From: a bacterium
Lineage (GTDB): Bacteria > Actinomycetota > Actinomycetes > Mycobacteriales > Jatrophihabitantaceae
Assembly: GCA_040004775.1 (NCBI GenBank)
Contig: JBDUAD010000001.1
Coordinates: 27,453-91,452 of the forward strand
Length of the DNA: 64,000 nucleotides
Reading direction: 5' to 3'
The translations under genes and the position numbers were made by a program. The notes under the pieces were generated by a model, which did not search any database, had not been told where the DNA came from, and saw only the letters and a list, made by a program, of their open reading frames with translations. Below are positions 1 to 10,140 of this stretch, one piece after another (position 1 is the first letter of the stretch; every line of letters starts with the position of its first letter).

Positions 1-653
1 ATGCGCTGGTCGGGCGGCACCTGGGACAGCAGCGCGCCGAGGACGGTCGTCTTACCCGTTCCCGTGCCTCCGCTGATCAGCAGGGCCAGCCGGGCCTGCA
101 CCGCGGCGGAGAGGACTTCGGCCACGTGCGCCGGTACGGCGCCGCCGGCAACCAGGTCAGCCATGCGCACGCGCCGCCGAGCGAGGACCCGTAGGGAGAT
201 CGTCGGTTGCTCGGCCAGCGGCGGGATGATCGCGTGCAGCCGCGTGCCGTCGGGGAGGTGGGCGTCCACGAACGGCTGGGCGTCGTCGAGGCGCCGGCCG
301 GCGGCCACGGCCAACCGGCAGGCGAGCGCGCGGACCTCTGCGGCGGACGCGAACCCGACCTCGACGCGCTCCAGATCACCGCCGCGGTCCACGAAGACCG
401 CGTCCGGTCCGTTCACCAGGACGTCGGTGACGCCGTCGAGGGCCAGCAGCGGCTCCAGTGGGCCGGCTCCGGTCAGCTGCGCGGCCAGGTCGATGTCCCA
501 CCGGGCCAGCACCGCATCGTCGGCCAGCAGTCCGGCCGCGCGGCGGGCCTGGCCCAACGCAGTCGTCAGGTCGGATCGCGTGTCCTCGGCCAGCCGCGAA
601 CGAACCTGAGCCAGCAATGAGCCGTCGGGAATGCGCGTGGCCGTGCCGCTCAT
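1..653 (-). CDS. CpaF/TadA-family secretion ATPase (Tad/Flp pilus type), N-terminal part; 3' end lies beyond window start
   Basis: Manual minus-strand translation from ATG at 653: MSGTATRIPDGSLLAQVRSRL...LLISGGTGTGKTTVLGALLSQVPPDQR, with Walker A GGTGTGKTT. ATGA start/stop overlap with the upstream ssd-like gene at 650-653. Absent from the ORF track because it runs off the edge. Confidence 0.8.
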   Translation of the reverse strand, partial: MSGTATRIPDGSLLAQVRSRLAEDTRSDLTTALGQARRAAGLLADDAVLARWDIDLAAQLTGAGPLEPLLALDGVTDVLVNGPDAVFVDRGGDLERVEVGFASAAEVRALACRLAVAAGRRLDDAQPFVDAHLPDGTRLHAIIPPLAEQPTISLRVLARRRVRMADLVAGGAVPAHVAEVLSAAVQARLALLISGGTGTGKTTVLGALLSQVPPDQR

Positions 654-1444
654 GCCGACCGCCGATGTCCGGCGGCGACCGACCGGTGACGCGACAGCGT
701 CGGGGTGGGTTCGCGGCACCGGTCCAGCAGCTGGCGCGCGAGCGACCGGTGGGACCGCCGGATCCGGCGCACGTCCACGCCGCGGTCTCGACCGGCGGCG
801 AGCCCGGGATCCGCGCCAATCGTGCCGGCCAGCTCGAGCTGCACGGCGGCGGCCACGCGCGACGCTGAGAGCGCGGCACCGTCGTCGCGCACGACGAGCA
901 GCGAAGTCCCGGCGAACCCCGGGCTGGACTCGACCGCAGCCCGTTGGCCGGCCGCCGCGGCAACGGCGGGCACCCGCGCCGGTACGACCAGCACAACGGC
1001 CGTCGCCACCTTGATCGTCTCGGCCCGGGCCGGGCTCGGCCACCGGCCTACGTCGACGATGACCGGACCGATGGCGCGGGCGGACTCGAGGACGGAAGCG
1101 ACCGCGGCCGGGTTCGGCGGTGCCGGCAGGTCACAGGCGAGGAAGGGCACGTCCCACCACCGAGGCAGGCCTTCGACCAGCTGTTCGGGATCGAGGCGGT
1201 CGCCCGCGCTGTGCAGGCCGGACCACCGGGCACCCTCGATACCCTCGGCGCCAAGGACGACGTCGATGCCGCCGCCGAGCGGGTCCAGGTCCACCAGCAC
1301 CGGCCACACGTCGTCGGCGGCTCCGCACGAGGTCAACAGTGCACACACGGTGCTCGCTCCGGCCCCACCGCTCGCGCCCACGACGGCAATGACCGGGGCA
1401 GGCGCACGATCGTCACTCACGACCTCGGCTCGCGGTTCGCTCAC
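650..1444 (-). CDS. ssd: Ssd-like septum-site-determining / CpaE-ParA-like protein with degenerate Walker A
   Basis: ORF 650..1657 contains VIAVVGASGGAGASTVCALL and a ParA/CpaE-like body. Start trimmed to the GTG at 1444 (VSEPRAEVV...) because the upstream part is low-quality and approaches the divergent HAD gene. Position next to a CpaF-like ATPase matches Rv3660c/Rv3659c. Confidence 0.65.
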   Translation of the reverse strand: MSEPRAEVVSDDRAPAPVIAVVGASGGAGASTVCALLTSCGAADDVWPVLVDLDPLGGGIDVVLGAEGIEGARWSGLHSAGDRLDPEQLVEGLPRWWDVPFLACDLPAPPNPAAVASVLESARAIGPVIVDVGRWPSPARAETIKVATAVVLVVPARVPAVAAAAGQRAAVESSPGFAGTSLLVVRDDGAALSASRVAAAVQLELAGTIGADPGLAAGRDRGVDVRRIRRSHRSLARQLLDRCREPTPTLSRHRSVAAGHRRSA

Positions 1445-1561
1445 CGCTCCAACCTGCAGCGCCGCGGACGCGCTAGGTGCGTTATCACGGCGCCTGTGGA
1501 CCAGCTGGCAAGGCTGTGGAGAAACCGGCCGGGACCCACGGGCGGCCGTATATTCGCCGCT

Positions 1562-2365
1562 GTGATCTCCGGCGCGCAAACAGCCGCGTTCTTCGACCTC
1601 GACAAGACGATCATCGCCAAGTCGAGCACCTTGGCCTTCGGACGGCCCTTCTATCACGGCGGCTTGATCAATCGCCGCGCCGTGGTGCGCAGTGCCTACG
1701 CGCAGTTCGTCTTCGCCCTCTCAGGTGCCGACGAGGACCAGATGGACCGCATGCGCGACTACCTCACGGCGATGTGCACCGGCTGGGACGTCCAGCAGAT
1801 CCGCGACATCGTCACGGAGACGTTGCACGAGATCATCGACCCGATCGTCTACGGCGAGGCGGTGGCGCTGATCGAATCGCACAAGGCCGCTGGACGCGAC
1901 GTCGTAATTGTGTCTTCGTCGGGATCGGAGGTTGTGGAGCCGATCGGGGAGATGGTCGGTGCCGACCACGCGATCGCCACGCAGATGGTGGTGGCTGACG
2001 GCAAGTACACCGGGGAGATCGACTTCTACGCCTATGGCCCCTACAAGGCCGCCGCGATCCGCGCCCTGGCCGTCGAGCGGGGCTATGACCTCAGCCGCAG
2101 CTACGCCTACACCGACTCGATCACCGACCTGCCCATGCTCGAGGCGGTCGGGCACCCGACCGCGGTGAACCCCGACCGCGCGCTGCGCCGGGAGGCCCAG
2201 ACCCGCGGCTGGAGCGTGCTCGCCTTCTCCAACGCAGTGCCACTGAAGGACCGATTCCAGGAGATGCACGCACCGGGTCCGGCGGTCACGGCCAGCATCG
2301 CTGCCGGTGCCGCAGCCGTGGCCGGCGCAGCCCTGCTGGCCACCCGTCGGCGCGGCCGGACCTGA
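1562..2365 (+). CDS. HAD-IB family hydrolase (SerB-like phosphatase, Rv3661-like)
   Basis: Within ORF 944..2365; GTG at 1562 gives VISGAQTAAFFDLDKTIIAKSS... (HAD motif I DLDKT). Later VVIVSSSGSEVVEPI and YTDSITDLPMLE motifs. Confidence 0.8.
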   Translation: MISGAQTAAFFDLDKTIIAKSSTLAFGRPFYHGGLINRRAVVRSAYAQFVFALSGADEDQMDRMRDYLTAMCTGWDVQQIRDIVTETLHEIIDPIVYGEAVALIESHKAAGRDVVIVSSSGSEVVEPIGEMVGADHAIATQMVVADGKYTGEIDFYAYGPYKAAAIRALAVERGYDLSRSYAYTDSITDLPMLEAVGHPTAVNPDRALRREAQTRGWSVLAFSNAVPLKDRFQEMHAPGPAVTASIAAGAAAVAGAALLATRRRGRT

Positions 2366-2701
2366 CGATCCGGTTCCGGTAACCGGAGGTTGCGTCCGCG
2401 CGTCCGAAGGGTGTGAGATGGACCACATCGCAGTACCGATCAGGTGTCATGGCGGTCCAGCCCCCAGCTCCTGATCGGGCGCGAGACGGACGGAGCCGGG
2501 AACCCACGCGGCGACCGAGCCACGCATCAGGCTGAGGTGGCAACGCCCGGCGGCAGCACGGGCACGCCGTACCTCTGAGGTGCACGCCTGGTACTCCGGT
2601 CACGCCCGTCACGGCGGCGTCGTCGCCTCGGCACACGCTGGGGCGGCGGCGCCGTTTCTCCTCGAGCGGGAAACTCTCGCCCCGGTCCTACGGAGTCGGC
2701 A
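2366..2701 (+). ncRNA. Candidate Ms1/MTS2823-like (6S-like) sRNA locus; ends undefined
   Basis: 336-bp gap between convergent Rv3661-like and Rv3662c-like genes, the same gene pair that flanks MTS2823/Ms1 in mycobacteria. No convincing ORF. Compound hairpin at 2640-2683 (GGGGCG...GTTTC-loop-GAAAC...CGCCCC). Synteny-based only. Confidence 0.3.
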
Positions 2702-3490
2702 TCACCCGCGCTGCAGAGCTTCACAGATGGCGACGGCCTCACGGGCGCCGAGGACGACCGCCCCGGCCATGTGCTCGACCCAGGCGACCACTGCGTCCGG
2801 ACGTCCGGCCCGGTATGCGGCCAGGGCCGCCTCCTCCTCGGCCCGCCGCTCCAGCGCGCCGACCTCGAGGACCACGAGGGAACGCGGATCCAGCCCGCGC
2901 TCGACCAAGGTCAGTCGGGCGGCCGCGTTGGCCACGACCATCGACGCCGGCGCGAACGCGTCCAAGGTGAGCAGTTCGGCGCGGACCACCGCGGCCACGA
3001 CGACCGCCGGCGCCCGGGTCGCGGCCAGGGTGGCGGTGAGCAGGTCGAGGCGATCGCTGACCGCGGCGGACGTCGGCCGTCCGAGCACGGTGCGGTCCTC
3101 GACGAGATCGGCGGCGGCCAGCAGGTGCAGCCGGGCCAGCACCTGGCGCGGCGCCCGGGCCCAGGTCCCGGCGACGGCCGGCAGCTCGGCCGAGACTCGC
3201 AGGGCGCCTTGGATCGCCGGGTCGTCGATCGCCCCGGCCCGCAGGTCGGCCAGCGACACGGACGAGCCGCCCAGCGCGCACGAAGCCCACACCCCCCGCA
3301 GCGCCGACTCCGCAGACACCTCACTGGAGCGTCGCCGCAGGACACGGTGGACCAGCAACGCGTCCACCGCCGCCCGGCTCCTGGCCACCGCGACGCTCAC
3401 TGCCGGTCGGGCGACCAGAGCGGACAGCGGATCGGCGACCGGGCGGTCGGCGGTCGCCGACGACGTGGACTCAGGATCTGCGGCGGGCAC
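2702..3490 (-). CDS. Conserved actinobacterial hypothetical protein (Ala/Leu-rich, Rv3662c-like position)
   Basis: ORF 2702..3490, 262 aa, with coherent high-GC3 coding pattern. No motif recognised by eye. Confidence 0.55.
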   Translation of the reverse strand: MPAADPESTSSATADRPVADPLSALVARPAVSVAVARSRAAVDALLVHRVLRRRSSEVSAESALRGVWASCALGGSSVSLADLRAGAIDDPAIQGALRVSAELPAVAGTWARAPRQVLARLHLLAAADLVEDRTVLGRPTSAAVSDRLDLLTATLAATRAPAVVVAAVVRAELLTLDAFAPASMVVANAAARLTLVERGLDPRSLVVLEVGALERRAEEEAALAAYRAGRPDAVVAWVEHMAGAVVLGAREAVAICEALQRG

Positions 3491-3550
3491 GCCGGAACGC
3501 TAGTCGAGCCGCGTCGTGGCCGACGGAGACGCTGCGGCCCGGCGCACCCA

Positions 3551-3580
3551 CCCACGGTGACCCACCGTGACCCACGGGCG
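3551..3580. promoter_or_regulatory. Three 10-nt phased direct repeats (cccacSgtga) upstream of acs
   Basis: cccacggtga cccaccgtga cccacgggcg at 3551-3580, about 140-165 nt upstream of the acs GTG. One-helical-turn periodicity. Confidence 0.25.
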
Positions 3581-3717
3581 AGGCAGGCCACCTCCGCAGG
3601 GTGGTCGGGCGTTCGGCCGCGCGATACGTTCGCACGGCACCCGCCGGCGCGTCCACACCGGCGGGTAGAGCGCGGACGCGACCACCACCGCGGCGCCCGC
3701 CCGAGGAGAGGAGCACC

Positions 3718-5694
3718 GTGGCCGAGGACTCCGAGAACCTGTCCAACCTCCTGCACGAAGAGCGCCGTTTCCCACCGGCACCGGAGTTCACCGAGCGGGC
3801 CAATCTGCGGGCCGACGCCTACGACGCCGCGGCCACCGACCGCCTGGCGTTCTGGGAGACCCAGGCTCGTCGCCTCGACTGGCAGAAGCATTGGACGGAC
3901 GTCCTCGACTGGTCGGGGGCGCCGTTCGCGAAGTGGTTCGTCGGCGGCACGTTGAACGCCTCGGTCAACTGCGTCGACCGCCACGTCGCCGCGGGTCAGG
4001 GCGACCGGGTGGCTATCCACTTCGAGGGCGAGCCGGGCGACTCGAGGTCGATCACCTACGCCGAACTGGCCGACGAGGTCGGGCAGGCGGCCAACGCGCT
4101 GACCGACCTCGGGGTCGGCCCGGGTGATCGGGTGATCGTCTACCTGCCGATGATCCCCGAAGCGATCGTCACCATGCTGGCCTGCGCTCGGCTCGGCGCC
4201 GTCCACTCGGTCATCTTCGGCGGTTTCTCCGCGCAGGCGATCTACGACCGGGTGGTCGACGCCGAGGCGAAGGTCGTGGTCACCGCGGACGGCGGCTACC
4301 GACGGGGCAAGGTCCTGCCGCTCAAGCGCGCTGTCGACGACGCGCTGGCCAAGGGAGGAACGACCGTGGAGAAGGTCGTCGTGGTCCGCCGCGGCGGCAA
4401 CGAGGTCACGATGGAGGACGGCCGAGATCTGTGGTGGGACGACACCGTGGCTACCGCCTCGACGTCGCACGAACCGCAGTTCTTCGACGCCGAGCACCCG
4501 CTCTACATCCTCTACACGTCGGGTACGACCGGGAAGCCGAAGGGCATCCTGCACACCACCGGCGGCTACCTCACCCAGACCGCCTTCACGCACTTCGCGG
4601 TTTTCGACCTCAAGCCCGAGCGCGACGTCTACTGGTGCACAGCGGACATCGGCTGGGTCACCGGGCACAGCTACATCGTCTACGGGCCGCTGGCCAACGG
4701 CGCGACCCAGGTGATCTACGAAGGTTCGCCGGACACGCCGCACCGGGGTCGGTTCTGGGAGATCGTGCAGAAGTACGGCGTCAGCCTGCTCTACACCGCC
4801 CCGACGGCGATTCGCACCTTCATGAAGTGGGGCGAGGACATCCCGGCCGGCTTCGACCTGTCCAGCCTGCGCGTCCTGGGCTCGGTCGGTGAGCCGATCA
4901 ATCCGGAGGCCTGGATGTGGTACCGCCGGGTGATCGGAGGGGACCGCTGCCCGGTGGTCGACACTTGGTGGCAGACCGAGACCGGCGCGATGATGATCAG
5001 CCCGCTGCCCGGCGTCACCGAGAGCAAGCCCGGTTCGGCCATGCGTCCCCTCCCGGGCATCTCGGCCGACGTGGTCGACGACCGTGGCAAGTCCGTGCCC
5101 GACGGCGGCGGCGGCCTGCTCGTGCTCACCGAGCCGTGGCCGGCCATGCTGCGCGGCATCTGGCGGGACGACGAGCGCTTCATCGAGACCTACTGGTCCC
5201 GCTTCGCCGAGCAGGGCTACTACTTCGCCGGCGACGGCGCCAAGAAGGACGACGACGGGGATCTTTGGCTGCTCGGCCGGGTCGACGACGTCATGAACAT
5301 CTCCGGTCACCGGATCTCCACCACGGAGGTGGAATCGGCGTTGGTCTCCCATCCGGCCGTGGCCGAGGCCGCAGTCGTGGGCGCTACCGACGCCACCACG
5401 GGCCAGGCGATCGTTGCCTTCGTGATCCTTCGCGGGTCGGCGGCCGACGGCGGGGAGGCTATGGCCGCCGAGCTGCGCGCGCACGTGGCCACCGAGATCG
5501 GTGCCATCGCCCGGCCCCGCCAGATCATGGTGGTGCCCGAGCTGCCCAAGACCCGCTCCGGCAAGATCATGCGCCGTCTGCTGCGCGACGTTGCCGAGCA
5601 CCGAGAGGTCGGCGACGTCACCACGCTGGCCGATTCCACGGTGATGGACCTGATCGAGGAGAAGCTGCCGGCCGCAGCCGCCACCGAGGAGTAG
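3718..5694 (+). CDS. acs: Acetyl-CoA synthetase (AMP-forming)
   Basis: ORF 3601..5694; GTG at 3718 preceded by GGAGAGGAG. Motifs LYILYTSGTTGKPKG, WWQTETG and PKTRSGKIMRRLLR. Confidence 0.95.
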   Translation: MAEDSENLSNLLHEERRFPPAPEFTERANLRADAYDAAATDRLAFWETQARRLDWQKHWTDVLDWSGAPFAKWFVGGTLNASVNCVDRHVAAGQGDRVAIHFEGEPGDSRSITYAELADEVGQAANALTDLGVGPGDRVIVYLPMIPEAIVTMLACARLGAVHSVIFGGFSAQAIYDRVVDAEAKVVVTADGGYRRGKVLPLKRAVDDALAKGGTTVEKVVVVRRGGNEVTMEDGRDLWWDDTVATASTSHEPQFFDAEHPLYILYTSGTTGKPKGILHTTGGYLTQTAFTHFAVFDLKPERDVYWCTADIGWVTGHSYIVYGPLANGATQVIYEGSPDTPHRGRFWEIVQKYGVSLLYTAPTAIRTFMKWGEDIPAGFDLSSLRVLGSVGEPINPEAWMWYRRVIGGDRCPVVDTWWQTETGAMMISPLPGVTESKPGSAMRPLPGISADVVDDRGKSVPDGGGGLLVLTEPWPAMLRGIWRDDERFIETYWSRFAEQGYYFAGDGAKKDDDGDLWLLGRVDDVMNISGHRISTTEVESALVSHPAVAEAAVVGATDATTGQAIVAFVILRGSAADGGEAMAAELRAHVATEIGAIARPRQIMVVPELPKTRSGKIMRRLLRDVAEHREVGDVTTLADSTVMDLIEEKLPAAAATEE

Positions 5695-5826
5695 CCCCAG
5701 CTGGTCGTCGCTCCGATTGGTTGGTCTCGTAGCAGTGGACCGGCCGGCGTGTCGCGCTCCCCAGCGGCCAATGTCGACCGGTCGTCCGGCAACGTCAGCC
5801 CGGGGTCAGTCAGCGGCCAACCTCGG

Positions 5827-6492
5827 TCAGCGGGATCGCGGGCGCAGGATCAGGTCGGTGACGACCGAGTCGGGCGGCGAGCCGAGCACCGAGACGACGG
5901 CCGCCGCGACCGTCTCGGCAGCGAGGTAGGAGTCCGGCTCGTAGGCGCCGCCCTCCTGGGCCCGCAGCGCCTGCTGCATGTCCGTGGCCACCCGACCCGG
6001 GTAGACGGTGGAGACCCGCAGGTCTGGCTCCTCCTCGCGCAGCGTGTCAGCGACCGCGCGCAAGGCGAACTTAGTGGCCGCGTAGACGGTGCTGTTCGCC
6101 GTCGCCCGCCGGCCCTGACCCGAGTTGACGAACACGACGGTGCCCCGGGCCGCCCGCAGGGCGGGCAGCAAAAGGCGGGTCAGCTCGGCCGCCGAGACGA
6201 CGTTGATCGCCAGCTCGCGGTTCCACTCGGCCACCGACGAATCGGCCAGGTCGCCGCGCACCGCGACGCCGGCACAGTGCACCAGCCCGTCCAGCCGTTC
6301 AGGAAGGGCGTCAAACGCGGCGGCCAGGCCGGCCGGGTCCCAGAGATCGGCGACGACCCGGTGGGCCACCGGCAAGGCGGCCAGCGCCGGCGCCGACCGG
6401 CCGATCGCCGTGATCTCGTGCTTGTCGCCGAGCGCGTCGAGCACACACCGGCCGATGCCCCGCGTCGCTCCAGTGATCACGTAGGACGCCAT
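5827..6492 (-). CDS. Short-chain dehydrogenase/reductase (SDR)
   Basis: MASYVITGATRGIGR (TGxxxGIG) and YAATKFAL (YxxxK). Confidence 0.9.
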   Translation of the reverse strand: MASYVITGATRGIGRCVLDALGDKHEITAIGRSAPALAALPVAHRVVADLWDPAGLAAAFDALPERLDGLVHCAGVAVRGDLADSSVAEWNRELAINVVSAAELTRLLLPALRAARGTVVFVNSGQGRRATANSTVYAATKFALRAVADTLREEEPDLRVSTVYPGRVATDMQQALRAQEGGAYEPDSYLAAETVAAAVVSVLGSPPDSVVTDLILRPRSR

Positions 6493-6725
6493 GTCCGGAC
6501 CTTAACCGCGCCCAGGCTTGCGCCGACCGGCCGCGACGAGCACGCCGTTGGCGAGACGGAGACGGCCCGGTCGGCTCGGGGCGCGCGCCGGTACTGCAAT
6601 GATGGTGCCGCCCGCTCTCCCGGCCCCGCCCCGTGGCCTGGGGCGTCGACCCGCGCCGCCGACCGACACTGTCGCCCGGCGGCGTTGGCGAGGGAAGCAA
6701 ACCACCGACGAGAGGACCGGATGTC

Positions 6726-7163
6726 GTGACCGCGCAACCGCAACCACCGACGGCGACGGCAATCCGCCCCGCTGGCGCCGATGCCTCGATCGGTGACCTG
6801 GCCAAGGACGCCTCCACCCACCTGTCGACGATCATCCGCGGCGAGGTCGAGCTGGCCAAGGCCGAGGTCGGGGCGTCGGTCAAGAATGCCGGCACCGGCG
6901 CGGTGATGTTCGGTGTGGCCGCGGTGCTGCTCATCTTCTCGTTGACGTTCGGGTTGGTGTCCCTGGCCGAGGGGTTGACGTCGCTCGGACTGTGGCGCTG
7001 GCTGAGTTACCTGATCGTGTTCCTCGTGCTGGTGCTGCTGGCCGCGATCTTCGGCTACCTCGGTCTGCGTAAGGTCAAGCGGATCAAGGCGCCGGAACGC
7101 ACGATCGCCACCGGCAGGGAAACTGCGGCCTACCTCAAGCACCCCATCTCGCCGACGACCTGA
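6726..7163 (+). CDS. Actinobacterial holin-X / phage-holin-3_6-like small membrane protein
   Basis: Within ORF 6633..7163; GTG at 6726 follows GAGAGGA. SIGDLAKDASTHLSTIIRGEVELAKAEV, then two TM helices, then KVKRIKAPERTI, a pattern typical of this family. Confidence 0.7.
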   Translation: MTAQPQPPTATAIRPAGADASIGDLAKDASTHLSTIIRGEVELAKAEVGASVKNAGTGAVMFGVAAVLLIFSLTFGLVSLAEGLTSLGLWRWLSYLIVFLVLVLLAAIFGYLGLRKVKRIKAPERTIATGRETAAYLKHPISPTT

Positions 7164-7210
7164 CCGCCCGGCTTCCCGCCGGAAACGGCCCTCATCCCCC
7201 GCGACCGCTG

Positions 7211-8137
7211 ATGATCCGTCCCACCGACGAGTCGACCGTTCTCGTGCCCGGACCGTGGACGCACCGCACAGTCCGGGCCAACGGCATCGCGCTGCACGTG
7301 GCCGAGCTGGGCTCCGGCCCGCTGGTGCTGCTGTTACACGGGTTTCCACAGTTCTGGTGGGCGTGGTCCCAGCAGCTGATCGACCTGGCCGACGCCGGCT
7401 ACCACGCGGTCGCGGTGGACCTGCGCGGCTTCGGCGCCAGTGACAAGCCGCCGCGTGGTTACGACCTGCCCACCCTGGCCGAGGACATCGCCGGCCTGGT
7501 CGTCTCCCTCGGCGAGCACGACGCCTTGATCGTCGGCAACGACCTCGGTGGCCTGGTCGCCTGGTCGGTCGCCACCGTGCATCCCGAGGTGGTGCGGAGC
7601 ATCGCCGTGCTCGGCACTCCGCATCCACTGCGGCTGCGGGCGGCGATCGCCGCCGACCCGCGCCGACAAGGCCGGGCCTCCGCCTACGCGCTCACTACGT
7701 TTCAGATCCCCCGCGTGCCCGAGGGGCTGTTGACCCGCGACTCGAGCTACGTCGCCGGCCTGTTCGATCGCTGGAGCGGGCCGCAATGGCGGGCGGCGCC
7801 GCGCTACGCCGACGACGTGGAGCGCTACGCCGAGTCGTTGCGGGTCAGCAAGGCCGCGCACTGTGCGCTGGAGTACTTCCGCTGGAGCTTCCGCAGCGTG
7901 CCCCGCCGGGACGGGCGCCGGGCCGCGGCCCGACTGTTGGTCGGCGTGCGTGCACCGGTGCTCCAGCTGCACGGCGCGGACGACGGCTGCATGCTGCCGT
8001 CCACCGCGCAGGGATCCTCGCGCTACGTCAGCGGTCAGTACGAATGGCACCTGCTCCCCGGCGTCGGCCACTTTCCGCAGGACGAAGCACCCGAGCGAGT
8101 CAGTAGCGAAATCATCCGGTGGGCCAAGGGGACGTGA
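7211..8137 (+). CDS. Alpha/beta hydrolase (epoxide-hydrolase/haloalkane-dehalogenase-like)
   Basis: HGFPQFWWAW, VDLRGFGASDKP, nucleophile elbow VGNDLGG and C-terminal GHFPQDE. Confidence 0.9.
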   Translation: MIRPTDESTVLVPGPWTHRTVRANGIALHVAELGSGPLVLLLHGFPQFWWAWSQQLIDLADAGYHAVAVDLRGFGASDKPPRGYDLPTLAEDIAGLVVSLGEHDALIVGNDLGGLVAWSVATVHPEVVRSIAVLGTPHPLRLRAAIAADPRRQGRASAYALTTFQIPRVPEGLLTRDSSYVAGLFDRWSGPQWRAAPRYADDVERYAESLRVSKAAHCALEYFRWSFRSVPRRDGRRAAARLLVGVRAPVLQLHGADDGCMLPSTAQGSSRYVSGQYEWHLLPGVGHFPQDEAPERVSSEIIRWAKGT

Positions 8138-8399
8138 CCCGCTCGGCCCCGGTGTCCGTCCCGTCCGGCGAGTCAGGAAGGCTCGGCCCACCGGCTCTGA
8201 TGCGGACCCGACGGCCGAGCGCCGATCGCGAGATCGCGCGAGTGCTGCATCCGGGCGGGCGGTCGGTCTGCTCTGGAACCAGGCCTTCGCCCAGGACCAC
8301 GCCCGCCGTATCGGGCTGGAGTCGGGAGCCGCATTCGAATTGCCGTATCTCACGCTGGCCCGGCGGGCGACCCGCCGCTGAGCGGTAGCGTCGGCTTCC

Positions 8400-9353
8400 A
8401 TGCTGCATGTGCGGCTCGTCGTCCCGGCCGACCGACGGGCCGAGGTCGTGGAGATCCTGGTCGACGACGCCCGAGTGACGAACGTGGTCGTCCTGCCGGG
8501 CGCCGGGCTCGACCCGCCGGGGGACGTCGTGGACTGCGACGTGGCCCGCGAGGGCGCCTCGGACGTGCTCGGCCGGTTGCGCCACCTCGGTCTCGACGAG
8601 AACGGCAGCGTGACGCTGAGCGGCATCGAAGCCGCACCCTCGCGCAACGCCCGGGCGGCGGAACGGGCCGCCCCCGGCGCGCCCGACGACGCCGTGGTGT
8701 GGGACATCGTGGAGCAGCGAGCGTGGGGCGACGCGGCCGGCTCGTGGTCCTACTACGTATTCCTCACCCTGGCCACGCTGCTGGCCGGAGTCGCCGTGGT
8801 GACCGACAGCGCGATCCTGGTGGTCGGGGCGATGGTGGTCGGTCCGGAGTTCGCGGCGGTAGCCGCGGTGGCAGTGAGCATCGCGGTGCGCAACCCACCG
8901 CTCACCGTGCGGGCACTGCGGCTGCTGGTCGCTGGCTTCGCGGTGGCGATCGCGATCACCGCCCTGGCCGGCCTGGCCGCGCGCGCCGCGGGCTGGGTGG
9001 ACCCGGCGTCCCTGCGTGCGCCTCGTCCGCTGACCGCGTTCATCTGGCACCCCGACCGCTGGTCGGTGGTCGTCGCCCTGCTGGCCGGCGCGGCCGGGGT
9101 GCTGTCCCAGACCGGCGGCAAGGCTAACGCCCTGGTCGGGGTGTTCATCTCGGTCACCACCGTGCCCGCCGCCGGCAACCTCGCGCTGGCGATTGCCGTG
9201 TGGGTGCCCGGTGAGATGGGCGGCGCCGCGGCCCAGCTCGCGGTCAACCTCACCGGGATGACCGTGGCCGGCGTGCTGACCTTGCTGGTTCAGCGCACGC
9301 TGTGGCGACGGGTGCGGGCCCACGGTCGGGTGCCGCAGCCCGCGCCCCGCTGA
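8400..9353 (+). CDS. DUF389-family membrane protein
   Basis: N-terminal soluble domain MLHVRLVVPADRRAEVVEIL, followed by multiple TM segments typical of DUF389. Confidence 0.75.
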   Translation: MLHVRLVVPADRRAEVVEILVDDARVTNVVVLPGAGLDPPGDVVDCDVAREGASDVLGRLRHLGLDENGSVTLSGIEAAPSRNARAAERAAPGAPDDAVVWDIVEQRAWGDAAGSWSYYVFLTLATLLAGVAVVTDSAILVVGAMVVGPEFAAVAAVAVSIAVRNPPLTVRALRLLVAGFAVAIAITALAGLAARAAGWVDPASLRAPRPLTAFIWHPDRWSVVVALLAGAAGVLSQTGGKANALVGVFISVTTVPAAGNLALAIAVWVPGEMGGAAAQLAVNLTGMTVAGVLTLLVQRTLWRRVRAHGRVPQPAPR

Positions 9354-9375
9354 TCCCACCCGCGCTGAGTCAGCG

Positions 9376-10139
<764 letters not shown>

Positions 10140-10140
<1 letters not shown>

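Noticed and set aside
3397-5601. 734-aa ORF on the minus strand covering the acs region.
   Set aside because: Antisense shadow ORF typical of high-GC DNA. Its sequence is Gly/Arg/Val/Asp-rich with no motifs, while the plus-strand frame carries unambiguous acetyl-CoA synthetase motifs.
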